From contig JAFUTW010000029.1 of assembly GCA_017484085.1 (NCBI GenBank), positions 192 through 64,191 of the forward strand: a stretch of 64,000 nt of DNA, given 5' to 3'. The position numbers and the translations under genes were made by a program. Below the pieces are notes generated by a model. It saw nothing but the letters and a program-made list of their open reading frames with translations, did not search any database and was not told the DNA's origin. Position 1 is the stretch's first letter; each line of letters begins with the position of its first letter. Shown here piece by piece: positions 54,541 to 63,845 of this stretch. Origin of the DNA: Clostridia bacterium. Lineage in GTDB: Bacteria; Bacillota; Clostridia; Christensenellales; Aristaeellaceae.

Positions 54541-55401
54541 ATGAAACCGGTGACCTTTCTGATGATGGCGATCGTCAGCAGCGCTTCGATGACGCTGGCC
54601 ATGAAGGCGCTGCGGGGGCAGCGCGGCAACCGCTTCGCGCTCATCCTGGGGAACTATCTCATGTGCATCGCGCTGTCCTTTGCGTTCCTGCCGGACAAGG
54701 CGCTGCTCTGGCAGGGCTCCCCGCTGACGCCGGGCCTCGGCCTGGCGGGCGGCGCCGTCTTTGTGGCGGGGCTGATTTCCATGCAGAGCAGCATCCGCGT
54801 CAACGGCGCGACGCTGTCGGCCGCCTTTGCCAAGCTGGGGCTGCTCGTCCCCCTTGGCGTGGGCATCCTCTGCTTCGGGGAGCGCCCCGGCTTTCTGCAG
54901 CTCTGCGGCATCGCACTGGTGTTTCCGGCCATCCTGCTGATCAACCGGGGAGACGGCGGAGAAGACAAGGCCGAAAACCCTGCGCTGCTCGCGCTGACGC
55001 TGGTGTGCTGCGGCAGCGGGGATGCGATGGCCAAGATTTTTGAGCAGCTGGGCACCTCGCGGGAGGACGCGCTCTTCTTCTTCTGGCTGTTTCTCACGGC
55101 GGCGCTGATCTCGGCGGCGCTGGCCGTGAGGGAGCGGCAGCGGACCGGCAAGCGCATGCTGCCCGCGGAATTCGGCGCGGGCATACTCCTGGGCATACCC
55201 AACTACTTTTCGTCCTTCCTGCTCTTAAAGGCGCTTGCGACGGTGCCGTCCTTTGCGGCCTATCCCCTGTATAGCACGGGGACGCTCCTGCTGGTGACGG
55301 CGGTGAGCGCGCTCTTCTTCGGGGAGAAGCCGGGGAAGCGGCAGCGCCTGGGGCTGCTGCTTATCCTCGCGGCGCTGGCGCTGCTGGCGCCGGGCGCCTG
55401 A
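54541..55401 (+). CDS. DMT-superfamily (EamA-like) membrane transporter
   Basis: ~286 aa, ~10 TM, with an internal two-fold organisation. Start position uncertain. Confidence 0.55.
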   Translation: MKPVTFLMMAIVSSASMTLAMKALRGQRGNRFALILGNYLMCIALSFAFLPDKALLWQGSPLTPGLGLAGGAVFVAGLISMQSSIRVNGATLSAAFAKLGLLVPLGVGILCFGERPGFLQLCGIALVFPAILLINRGDGGEDKAENPALLALTLVCCGSGDAMAKIFEQLGTSREDALFFFWLFLTAALISAALAVRERQRTGKRMLPAEFGAGILLGIPNYFSSFLLLKALATVPSFAAYPLYSTGTLLLVTAVSALFFGEKPGKRQRLGLLLILAALALLAPGA

Positions 55402-55404
55402 GGA

Positions 55405-56202
55405 TCAGCCGGGCAAAAGGCCGAAACGGCGGACGGCAAAGGCGATGCCCCCGTCGTCGATGTCCCGCGTGACAAACCGCGCGGCTTTCTTGGCGACCTC
55501 GGCGCCGTTGCCCATGGCGACGCCCATGCCGACGCAGCGCAGCATGTCCGCGTCGTTCTCGCCGTCGCCGAAGGCCATCGCCGCTTCAAGCGGGATGCCG
55601 TAGCGCCGGCAGGTCATGCGCACGCCGTTTTCCTTGCTGCCGTCCTTGTGGATGACGTCGAAGGCAAACGGGTTCCAGATGGTGGAACGCACGTGCGAAA
55701 GCGGTGCGAGGAGCTCCTTCTGCTGCGTGGGTGAGCAATAAGTGACGACGAGGTATACGGGGCTCGTGAGGCCGTGGCGCAGATCGCCCAGCGCGGGGAG
55801 AGGCGTATGGATGTCGGCCTGCACGCGCCGCACGACGTCCGTATGGGCGCTTACGTACATCCTGTCCTCCTCCACGAACTTGCAGGGCACCTGCAGCTCT
55901 TCGGAGCGGGCGATGAGGCGGGCGATGTCCTGAGGCTCGATCGCCTGCGCGTGGTAGGGCGTCTTCCCATCGAAGCAGTACTGGCCGTTCAGCGTGACAA
56001 AGCCGTCCCACGGGAGATCCAGGACCCCGCAAAGGTTTTTGACTTCCGAAAAGTGCCGCCCGGTCGAGAGAAACAGGAGGATGCCGCGCTCGTGCAGCGC
56101 GAGCACGGTCTCCTTGGCGGAGTCGGGGATGCTCCCTGTGCGGTGGGAGACCAGCGTGCCGTCGATATCAAAGAATACAGCCCTGTATTCAGGTGTGTTC
56201 AT
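55405..56202 (-). CDS. Cof-type HAD-IIB phosphatase
   Basis: Motif I FFDIDGTL, LSTGR, and motif IV FGDGENDADML. Confidence 0.85.
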   Translation of the reverse strand: MNTPEYRAVFFDIDGTLVSHRTGSIPDSAKETVLALHERGILLFLSTGRHFSEVKNLCGVLDLPWDGFVTLNGQYCFDGKTPYHAQAIEPQDIARLIARSEELQVPCKFVEEDRMYVSAHTDVVRRVQADIHTPLPALGDLRHGLTSPVYLVVTYCSPTQQKELLAPLSHVRSTIWNPFAFDVIHKDGSKENGVRMTCRRYGIPLEAAMAFGDGENDADMLRCVGMGVAMGNGAEVAKKAARFVTRDIDDGGIAFAVRRFGLLPG

Positions 56203-56300
56203 GCAATCAGCCCTTATCCGTGTAATAGGGTTACCGGTTGCATTATAAAGAAGCGCGTGTATAATTGTCAACGAAACCTATCGAAGCGAGGGAGCGGCAA

Positions 56301-57281
56301 ATGAAGAAGATCGGCCTGACGGGCATCTGGTTCCCCGAAGCATATCAGATGCTGCATGAGAGCGTGCCTGCGGGCATGGAGCTGGTGGATGCGGTGCGGC
56401 CGGAAGACGCGGGCAGGCTTTCGGACTGCGATTACCTGATCACGAGGCTGACACTCGACGGGAGCCTCGCAAAGCGCACGCCGAAGCTGCGTCTGCTCCA
56501 GCTCTGGGGCGCGGGCTATGAATACGTGGATCTTGCGGCGTGGGGGCGCCGCGGCATCCCCGTGTGCAACTGCCCGGGCGTCAACGCGGGCATCGTCTCC
56601 GAGCTGGCGGTGATGCTGATGCTGGCGGGCTACCGCAACCTGCTGCAAATCAACCGCGACCTGAGACGGGGCCATTTCCCGCGCACGGAGTACTTCGGGC
56701 GCTCCTACATGCTGCGGGGAAAGACGGTGGGCATCCTGGGCCTGGGCCGGATCGGGCGGCGGGTCGCCGGGCTGGTTTCGGCCTTCGGCGCAAAGGTCAT
56801 CTACTATGACATCGTGCGCCAGCGCGAGCAGGAAGAGCGCTTCGGCTACCGGTTCGTGGACTTCGGCACGCTGCTCTCCGAGAGCGACATCCTGAGCATC
56901 CACTGCCCGCTGAAGGAGGATACGCGGGGAATGATCGGCCCCGCAGAGTTTGCGGCGATGAAAAAGAGCGCCATGCTGATCAACACGGCGCGCGGGCCCA
57001 TCGTGGATGAGGATGCGCTGGTGCACGCGCTGCGGACGGGGCAGATCGCCCTGGCCGGCCTGGACGTGTACGCGAAAGAGCCGATCCCCGCGGATCATCC
57101 GCTGCTGACGATGGACAACGTGGTCGCCAGCGCCCACGCAGGCGGAAACACGGCGGACAACACCCGCAATATGGTGGATTATGTGATGGGGAACATCGCG
57201 GCGTTTGACGCCGGCGCTTCCATCAATTCGCCGGAGGATGTCGTGAACCGGGCATTTTTGGAGGAAGGAGCCATATTATGA
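56301..57281 (+). CDS. D-2-hydroxyacid dehydrogenase family protein
   Basis: NAD motif GILGLGRIGRRVAGL, and NTARGPIVDEDAL...SAHAGG. Confidence 0.8.
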   Translation: MKKIGLTGIWFPEAYQMLHESVPAGMELVDAVRPEDAGRLSDCDYLITRLTLDGSLAKRTPKLRLLQLWGAGYEYVDLAAWGRRGIPVCNCPGVNAGIVSELAVMLMLAGYRNLLQINRDLRRGHFPRTEYFGRSYMLRGKTVGILGLGRIGRRVAGLVSAFGAKVIYYDIVRQREQEERFGYRFVDFGTLLSESDILSIHCPLKEDTRGMIGPAEFAAMKKSAMLINTARGPIVDEDALVHALRTGQIALAGLDVYAKEPIPADHPLLTMDNVVASAHAGGNTADNTRNMVDYVMGNIAAFDAGASINSPEDVVNRAFLEEGAIL

Positions 57282-57667
57282 GCGCGCCGGCCGTATTGCT
57301 TTTCGGGCTGGAAGGGGAAAAGGGAAAGGCGTGGCGCGCGACGGCGGAGCGGCTGCGCATCCGCGTGCGGCAGGTTTCCCCCGCTGAGGCCGACCGGCCG
57401 CTGCTGGAGCTTCTCCGGGCAGACGGCGGGGCAGCGCTGTCGCCGCTCGCGCAGCCGCTTCGTGAGCCCATGCTGGTGATGGCGGGCTTTTCCCGGGAAC
57501 TGATGGACGCCTACCTGGCCGCGGCCCGGGCGACGGGCGCGCAGCGGCTGGATCTCAAGGCGGTGCTGACGCCGACGAACGCCTCGTGGACCGGCCGGCA
57601 GCTTCAGCGGGAACTGTCCGCGGAGCGGGATGCGTTCGCCGCCAAAGAGCAGGCGCACCGCCCCTGA
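57278..57667 (+). CDS. DUF3783-like small protein
   Basis: 129 aa with ATGA overlap with the dehydrogenase gene. MLVMAGFSRELMDAYL...LKAVLTPTNASWTGRQLQRELSAE matches my recollection of DUF3783. Confidence 0.45.
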   Translation: MSAPAVLLFGLEGEKGKAWRATAERLRIRVRQVSPAEADRPLLELLRADGGAALSPLAQPLREPMLVMAGFSRELMDAYLAAARATGAQRLDLKAVLTPTNASWTGRQLQRELSAERDAFAAKEQAHRP

Positions 57668-57770
57668 ACACATAACAAAAAGCTGCGGAATTTCGGCGGA
57701 CTCCGTAACACAGTATTAGGTTTCAATCGACGAAAACGTAATGTTTTCAAGGCTCACGGCGTGATTTCGG

Positions 57771-59489
57771 TCACGCCGTTTGCTTTGCCATCAGTTCATG
57801 GATTGGGATAAAACCGATGCCGTTGTACTCAATGCGGATGTGCTGTTCCCTGTGCCCACTGCTCTTGTCAGGCGCGCTCACATAGATCGCGCTGATCAGC
57901 TCATGCAGGATATAGCCATCCAGCTTCTTGATACCGACATAGGCTCTCGCCTTTTCAATGAACCGTTCAAGATGATCGTTCTCTGCTTCCTGTACTTCGA
58001 TTTCCTGCCGCAGTCTGGCAGTATCGGCTTCCAGCTGCTTCTGCTCCGCTTCATAGGTCTGGCTGAGCATCTCATACCTTTCATCACTCAGTCTTCCTGC
58101 CGCATTATCCTCATACACCTTGATGAACAGGCGTTTCAGCTCAGAGATACGGCGTTCATCCCGTTCAAGCTCCTTTTTTCGGATTTGGATCGCTTCCTTG
58201 CTTGCCTGACGCTTTTGAGCTGTCATAACCTGCCGGAAGTAGTCCTCAAAACGGAGAATATAGCTTGTCACCATCTGAACATGGGCTAACACCACTTCCT
58301 CAAGCACAGCCGCCCGGATATAATGCCCCTTGCATTTCTCCTTATTTTTCCAATGCGTGGAACAGTCGAAGAATTCCTGGTTGGGCTGAAAGGTCTTGCA
58401 TGAACAGAAGTAGAGCTTTTCTTTGCAGTCTTCGCAATATACCAAACCGGAAAAGATGTTACTCCTTCCGTTGCTCGTCCTGCGATGCCGCTGCTGCCGG
58501 ATTTCCTGCACCCGTTGGAATACGTCCATCTCAATGATCGCTTCATGGTGGCCTGGAAATACCGCCCAGTTTTCTTTGGGATTATCCCTGGTTTTCTTAT
58601 CCCAGATGGAATTGGTGTAGGTCTTGAAATTGACCGCGCACCCCGTGTATTCCGGCATCTCCAGAATATGCACAACCGCTGAGCTGTTCCAGTGGCAGGG
58701 ATTCTCCGGGATGGGATTGGGAACGTTGATTCCCAGTTCTCGCTTGTGCGCCGCCGGCGTCAATACCTTTTCCGCAATCAGCTGGTCCGCAATCTGGCTG
58801 GGGCCTCGGCCTTCCATGCACAGGTTGAAGATGTGCCGGACGACCTGGGCGGCCTCGGGATCAATGATCCAATGCTTTGGATCAGACGGGTCCTTCATGT
58901 ACCCATAGGGCACATTGGTGGTCAGCGGTACGCCCTTTTCGCCTTTTGCCTTGTTGATCGCTCGAATCTTCCGGCTGGTGTCCCGGGCGAAGAATTCGTT
59001 GAACCAGTTGCGGATACCGGCAAAGTCGTTGTTCACGCTCACCTGATCCGCTGAATCGTAATTGTCATTGATTGCGATGTACCGTACTCCATTCTGAGGA
59101 AAGGTAAAGGTCGTGTACAGACCCACCATGGCCATGTTGCGTCCCAGTCGGGAGAGATCCTTCGTGAGCAGCACACCCACATGTCCCGCTTCGACCTCCG
59201 CCAGCATCTTTTTGAAGCCTGGTCTGTTGAAGTCAGTTCCACTGTAACCGTCATCCACGAAGAAGGTCGGATTGGGAAAGCGATGGTCTTTTGCGTATTG
59301 CAGCAGGATTTCCTTTTGATGTTCTATCGACAGGGATTCGCCCAGCCTTTCATCTTCCTGGGAGAGCCTGCAATAGAGCGCCGTGATTTTTGCCCCTGAC
59401 ATGTCTGTATGATCCTCCTTATCTGTCGGGGCATCTGGCAGTACAGGATTGGTCGTTTCTATTATATCATTCTTCCGCATATCTGTCAT
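57771..59489 (-). CDS. Large serine recombinase (resolvase catalytic domain + recombinase domain + zinc ribbon + coiled coil)
   Basis: ALYCRLSQEDERLGESLSIEHQK (catalytic Ser region), LLTKDLSRLGRN, and the Cys cluster YCEDCKEKLYFCSC...FDCSTHWKNKEKC. Confidence 0.9.
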   Translation of the reverse strand: MTDMRKNDIIETTNPVLPDAPTDKEDHTDMSGAKITALYCRLSQEDERLGESLSIEHQKEILLQYAKDHRFPNPTFFVDDGYSGTDFNRPGFKKMLAEVEAGHVGVLLTKDLSRLGRNMAMVGLYTTFTFPQNGVRYIAINDNYDSADQVSVNNDFAGIRNWFNEFFARDTSRKIRAINKAKGEKGVPLTTNVPYGYMKDPSDPKHWIIDPEAAQVVRHIFNLCMEGRGPSQIADQLIAEKVLTPAAHKRELGINVPNPIPENPCHWNSSAVVHILEMPEYTGCAVNFKTYTNSIWDKKTRDNPKENWAVFPGHHEAIIEMDVFQRVQEIRQQRHRRTSNGRSNIFSGLVYCEDCKEKLYFCSCKTFQPNQEFFDCSTHWKNKEKCKGHYIRAAVLEEVVLAHVQMVTSYILRFEDYFRQVMTAQKRQASKEAIQIRKKELERDERRISELKRLFIKVYEDNAAGRLSDERYEMLSQTYEAEQKQLEADTARLRQEIEVQEAENDHLERFIEKARAYVGIKKLDGYILHELISAIYVSAPDKSSGHREQHIRIEYNGIGFIPIHELMAKQTA

Positions 59490-59492
59490 GGG

Positions 59493-59720
59493 TCATTCCT
59501 CCGATTCTTCCATGTTTTCTTGGGGTTCAGTTGTAAAACTTTTCGCCATAATACGCTCCAGCATTCGGGTGAAGAGCTCGTTGCCCTCATAAGTGCCCGT
59601 AACGACATAGGTGGTTCCGTGGATAACTCTCTGAATGGTTTGCTCTGGAATCCAGTATGCAGACAGGTTGGGGACGGATATTCTTCCATCGCCTTCTAAA
59701 GTAAATTTCGTTCCGTTCAT
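59493..59720 (-). CDS. TnpW-like small transposon protein
   Basis: Start at the ATG 59720 (AGGAGG RBS). IHGTTYVVTGTYEGNELFTRMLERIM resembles the TnpW family as I recall it. Confidence 0.45.
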   Translation of the reverse strand: MNGTKFTLEGDGRISVPNLSAYWIPEQTIQRVIHGTTYVVTGTYEGNELFTRMLERIMAKSFTTEPQENMEESEE

Positions 59721-59755
59721 GGTTGGATGTTCCTCCTGCTTTTGATGTATGATTT

Positions 59756-59787
59756 GGGGCAGGATGACCATTAGGTCATCCTGCCCC
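59756..59787. repeat. Perfect 14-bp inverted repeat
   Basis: GGGGCAGGATGACC-ATTA-GGTCATCCTGCCCC, between the VLP and TnpW-like genes. No U-tract on either strand. Confidence 0.9.
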
Positions 59788-59846
59788 GATGAGGTGTCCG
59801 GGAAGGGTTGATTTTCCTAGACTTTTTTCGTCCTAAAGGGTAACGA

Positions 59847-60245
59847 TCACGCCGGTGTTTTCTGCCGCTCCCGATAGCGGCGCTGCTTCTCCCGGCTTCG
59901 GGCTTGCTTGGCCGCTGCGCCGCAATCGGCGCAATAGCGCTGACGGTTGCTGCCGGGGATGAAGGGCTTGTGGCAGCGGGCACATTCCTTCCAGCCTTCG
60001 CCAGCCTGATCTTCCTCCCGCAGCAGCTCATGCCAAACAGCGGTGTTCAACTCCGATTGCAAGGGCAAGACTGCCCGAAGGAAATAATCACAGTTCATGG
60101 ATCCGTCATGGATAGTCTTATAGGTTTGGCTGATGACATGGCAGGGCCGATCCTCCGGCAGGCAGCAGCCGTTGTTATAATTGGCGCATTCTTTCTGCGC
60201 CAGCTGTCGGATGCTACGCTGAATCTGGTTTTCAATCTGATGCAT
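59847..60245 (-). CDS. Cysteine-rich VLP-domain protein
   Basis: ECANYNNGCCLPEDRPCHV...NCDYFLRAVLP plus C-terminal CARCHKPF...RYCADC. Common next to relaxases in clostridial elements. Confidence 0.6.
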   Translation of the reverse strand: MHQIENQIQRSIRQLAQKECANYNNGCCLPEDRPCHVISQTYKTIHDGSMNCDYFLRAVLPLQSELNTAVWHELLREEDQAGEGWKECARCHKPFIPGSNRQRYCADCGAAAKQARSREKQRRYRERQKTPA

Positions 60246-60247
60246 GG

Positions 60248-61933
60248 TTATCGGTCTCCTTTCTGCCAGTTTTTCTGGCGTTCTTTGGTCTGTTGATTTT
60301 TGATTTGCCGTTCTTCTTCCTGAATCCGGCTGGGGGTGGGATTGCCCTGTTCGATTTCTTCACTGCGCCGGATTGCCCAATCTACGGACGCTTCCAAAAG
60401 GGCTTCCAATTCTTCCTTGTTTTGCACTTCCTCAGAAACATCTTCAAAGCGTTTTTGCCCATTTTGATTTGTGAATGTCAGTGCTTCCGGCAGCGCCTTC
60501 CGAACATGGGAGCGGATCTTCATCTGCTCGTCCAGTTCTGCCTTTACACTTTCCAACTCCGGCAGCATGGCTTCTACCTCTGCGCGAAGCTGGGCGGATT
60601 CCGCGCGAAGTGTTTTGCTGTTGATAGGCAGCGTAACATTCAGCTTGTGCAGTAGCCTATTGGCCTTGTCGATCCGGTCCAGTTCTTCGGCGTGTTCTTG
60701 CCGATACTTTTCCTTTGATTTTGTAAAATGAATTCCGTTGTACTTCTCCCGGATCGGATTCAGCTCTTTCAGCGTCTTGACTGCTTCCAGAATAGCATCA
60801 ATATCCCGGATGCGTTTCTCCTTTGCCTTTTTATCCGATTCCAATTCTCGGACTTTTCCACTGGTGGCATTCAGCAGCCGGGCAAAATCCTTAATGGAAT
60901 AGATGTCATGATCCTTCATAAAGGACAGGACTGCCGCCTTCTCTTTCAGATCGTTGATACCGCCTTTGTTGCGCGCACCATTGCTCCAATTCCAGCGTTC
61001 CTTTTCCCGCAAATCATAGTAGGCCATGAGCACGGAAAGGAGCGGATAATCACCGGGACTTTCCAACTTCTTCTGATCGCTGATGATGTCGGTCAGTTCC
61101 GTCAGCCATTCCAGCAGGGTTTTCAGCTTGTTCTTGATTGCGATAAGCAGGGCGTTGACTGCTTTCACAATCCGGTTGTGATCGCCAAGCTCCGTATGGA
61201 TGCCTTTCTTCTCCAAAGCAGAAGCGGCAGGGCCCAAGTGTACGGTGGGAGCCAGCTCGATCCCCTGCCGCTCAAAGGATCGCATATCAATGCGTTCCTC
61301 CCGCCCTGCTTTTTCCAAAGCGGCGTTTTGCATGATCTCCCATTCATGCCGCCAAATTTCACAGTTGCCCCGATCATTCCAGCCGTCCCAGCTGACACAG
61401 CGGCGCTTGAATTTTCCGTTGGCCGTTTGGATGCGCTCGCCGTTTTCATCCAGGACAAACTCCGTCCGGGTTTTCGAATTCCATTCTCCCTGTTCGTTCA
61501 GGGAGCGCATGGTCAACAGCACATGAGCGTGGGGATTGCCTTCGTCGTCGTCATGGACAGCAAAATCCGCAATCATGCCGCGATCCACGAAGGACGTTTG
61601 GCAGTAATTGCGGATCAGTTCGATGTTCTGTTCCCGGGTCAACTCTTTTGGCAGTGCCATGATGATGCGCCGAGCGGTCTGCGCCGTGCTCTTCGATTCG
61701 GACGCATCCACAGCGTTCCAGAGCGTCGCGCGGTCCAGGTATTTCTCCGGGGCGTTGGGCGGCAGCAGGATTTCCTTGTGGATGATCCTCTCCAGGTGAT
61801 CGCCGGATTTCCATTCATGCTCATATTCGGAATAGATTTTATCGCCCGATTGGTAGGCGGCGGCTCCGACTACGGAGTTGCCCTTCACCTTGCCCCGGGC
61901 GATGATCGTGATGTTATAATGGGGACACGGAAT
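60248..61933 (-). CDS. MobA/MobL (MOBQ) family relaxase; the conserved N-terminus precedes the first canonical start
   Basis: GNSVVGAAAYQSGDKIYSEYEHEWKSGDH...EILLPPNAP...HDDDEGNPHAHVLLTMRSL (HxDxxNPHxH). The frame stays open and family-like (IPCPHYNITIIARGK) for 15 codons upstream of the GTG at 61888, up to an ATT 10 nt after a GGAGG. Confidence 0.8.
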   Translation of the reverse strand: MPCPHYNITIIARGKVKGNSVVGAAAYQSGDKIYSEYEHEWKSGDHLERIIHKEILLPPNAPEKYLDRATLWNAVDASESKSTAQTARRIIMALPKELTREQNIELIRNYCQTSFVDRGMIADFAVHDDDEGNPHAHVLLTMRSLNEQGEWNSKTRTEFVLDENGERIQTANGKFKRRCVSWDGWNDRGNCEIWRHEWEIMQNAALEKAGREERIDMRSFERQGIELAPTVHLGPAASALEKKGIHTELGDHNRIVKAVNALLIAIKNKLKTLLEWLTELTDIISDQKKLESPGDYPLLSVLMAYYDLREKERWNWSNGARNKGGINDLKEKAAVLSFMKDHDIYSIKDFARLLNATSGKVRELESDKKAKEKRIRDIDAILEAVKTLKELNPIREKYNGIHFTKSKEKYRQEHAEELDRIDKANRLLHKLNVTLPINSKTLRAESAQLRAEVEAMLPELESVKAELDEQMKIRSHVRKALPEALTFTNQNGQKRFEDVSEEVQNKEELEALLEASVDWAIRRSEEIEQGNPTPSRIQEEERQIKNQQTKERQKNWQKGDR

Positions 61934-62100
61934 GTGTGCCTCACCTCCTCTTCGTTTCGTCGTTTCTGACCCGCCGCAGCGCTCCTATGGGGGTAGCCGA
62001 TGCAATCGGCGCAGGGGGCCGCCCCTGCTGATGGAGAGAAGCCATGAAAGTGGCCTCTCTCCATCGAGCCCTCCGCAGGAGCCCTCGGAGAGCGCAATGG

Positions 62101-62128
62101 ATGAACGAAGTTCATATAATTGCGCCCT
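62101..62128 (+). other. Candidate oriT: 6-bp inverted repeat followed by an RSF1010/R1162-like nic core
   Basis: ATGAAC-GAA-GTTCAT (62101..62115), ATAAT, then TGCGCCCT(CC) (62121..62130). Compare the MOBQ core TAAGTGCGCCCT. Located between the DUF3847-like and relaxase genes. Confidence 0.5.
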
Positions 62129-62145
62129 CCGTAAACTCCGGGTTC

Positions 62146-62478
62146 TTAGTCAGTCGATTCCCCGGCTTCGGTTCCCTCGGCCTTCGCTGCCGCCATCCGC
62201 TTGGTTTCCAGCAGGTTTTCCAGGGCCTTCTTTGCATACGGCGTATTCAAGGCATAATCCAGATAACCGAATACTTCCTCGTCCGTAAGCTCCGGCGCGC
62301 CAAGGGTTTCCAGAAGCTTTTCCAGATACCCGCCCCTGTTGCACAGCCGATGGGTGCGCTCGCTGCGGGTCAGTTCTTTGATCTGCTTCTGCACGGCCTT
62401 TTCCTCGGCTTCAGCCTGCTGTTTCTTCTCCAGCAGCTTCTTTTGCTTCTCCAGCAGTTGATCCATCCGTTTGCTCAT
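62146..62478 (-). CDS. DUF3847-like coiled-coil protein
   Basis: Start at the ATG 62478 (GAAGGAGG RBS). MSKRMDQLLEKQKKLLEKKQQAEAEEKAVQKQIKELTRSERTHRLCNRGG is typical of the small protein found upstream of MobL-type relaxases. Confidence 0.55.
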   Translation of the reverse strand: MSKRMDQLLEKQKKLLEKKQQAEAEEKAVQKQIKELTRSERTHRLCNRGGYLEKLLETLGAPELTDEEVFGYLDYALNTPYAKKALENLLETKRMAAAKAEGTEAGESTD

Positions 62479-62711
62479 TCGTTCACCTCCTTCGCTTGAA
62501 AATCCAGGCACAGAAAAACAGCGTCACCCTGCTCTGGCGCTGTCATTCGTCCCTTCACCGTAAATATGATCGTTTTCGTTAAAAACCCAAAAAACCGATG
62601 ACAAGCCTGAAAGAAAAAACACGACAAAGGCGCAAATTACCCCTTTCATTTTCAAAAAGAATGATGTATAAAGAAACGCGAACACACATTCGTATCTTTG
62701 AGGAGTACAAC

Positions 62712-63833
62712 ATGGATTTGGAGAAAGAGAGCGGTATGCTCACACTGATTTTTGCCGATGATACCGTGCAATACAGGGATCGGATTCTGCCCACAGGTTC
62801 CATCGCTTGCATGGCGCTGAATATCCCAGGGAAAGCCTTGGAAGAATTGCTGCCCCTGTGTCAGCGGATCGCGGCAGTCAACACCATGCTGCACACCGGC
62901 ACCGCAGACAAAATCGCCATGAAAAGCGCGTGCCTGGCAGCCCATGACCTGTTGAAGCTGATAGCCCGATACGAGCCCTTTACATTCTTCAGCAATCCGA
63001 AATTGGATCAGCGGCTGGATCAGGTATTCAGCGTGGAAGCGTTCAAGAAAATCCAGGCTTATAACAGGGCTGTACAAATCGGACAGGTGGACGAAGAAGC
63101 AGGGAAGCGATTTGGTCCTACCCGAGACTTGCTTGGCCTGGCTCCTGCGCTGTCGAATTACTATGAAGCTATCACGATGCTGCAAAAGCATATCGGCCCA
63201 TTTGCCGATAAGCTGGACGGAAAGGATGTGCCCCGCACGAAGGAAGCATATCTGACGCAGTTCAGCCAGTCTTTCCCGGAGAATTTCCGCATCGGAGATG
63301 GCACCGATTCCTGGATGTCCATGGCAAATGTATCCCTTCAATATACGGCGGGCGTGAACGGAAAGAACGGGCAGAAGCACATGAAAAAACAGATGCACTT
63401 CCTCACCTTCGGCGGGATGCTGCGGGCCGATTTCTTTGAGGGCCTATCCGTAGGCCACGCCCCGAAACGCTGCGCCATCTGCGGCAGGTGGTTTCTGACC
63501 ACCGATGCTCGGCACACGAAATATTGCAGCGATCTTTGCCCCACTGATCCCCTGGGAAGGAAGTGCCGGGTGATCGGCAATATGCAGGGCCGGGCAGCGC
63601 GGGAATTGGCGGCGGATCATCCGCTGAACGCGCCTTATAACCGGCGCATGAACACCATCAACCAATGCCTGAGCCGAGGCACGATCAGCCGGGAATTGGC
63701 CGACGCCATGAAGAAATTGGCGAAGGATAAAAAGCAGCGGGCCAAGGCGGATCTGGCCTATGCAAAGGGAGCCTATCAGCGGGAAATGGAACAGGACGCA
63801 CTGAAGGCTGAAGCGCAAAAACTGCTGGGATAA
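62712..63833 (+). CDS. Hypothetical element protein with a C-terminal Cys cluster (possibly DUF6076-like)
   Basis: Start at the ATG 62712 (GAGGAG RBS). CAICGRWF...KYCSDLCP...KCR. Family name recalled with low certainty. Confidence 0.45.
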   Translation: MDLEKESGMLTLIFADDTVQYRDRILPTGSIACMALNIPGKALEELLPLCQRIAAVNTMLHTGTADKIAMKSACLAAHDLLKLIARYEPFTFFSNPKLDQRLDQVFSVEAFKKIQAYNRAVQIGQVDEEAGKRFGPTRDLLGLAPALSNYYEAITMLQKHIGPFADKLDGKDVPRTKEAYLTQFSQSFPENFRIGDGTDSWMSMANVSLQYTAGVNGKNGQKHMKKQMHFLTFGGMLRADFFEGLSVGHAPKRCAICGRWFLTTDARHTKYCSDLCPTDPLGRKCRVIGNMQGRAARELAADHPLNAPYNRRMNTINQCLSRGTISRELADAMKKLAKDKKQRAKADLAYAKGAYQREMEQDALKAEAQKLLG

Positions 63834-63845
63834 ACGGAGGCAGCG

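Noticed and set aside
11003-57281. Three 2-hydroxyacid-dehydrogenase-family genes (serA 11003.., 21468.., 56301..) as evidence of recent duplication.
   Set aside because: The protein sequences are highly divergent outside the NAD-binding motif, and there is no nucleotide-level repeat. They are ancient paralogs with different contexts.
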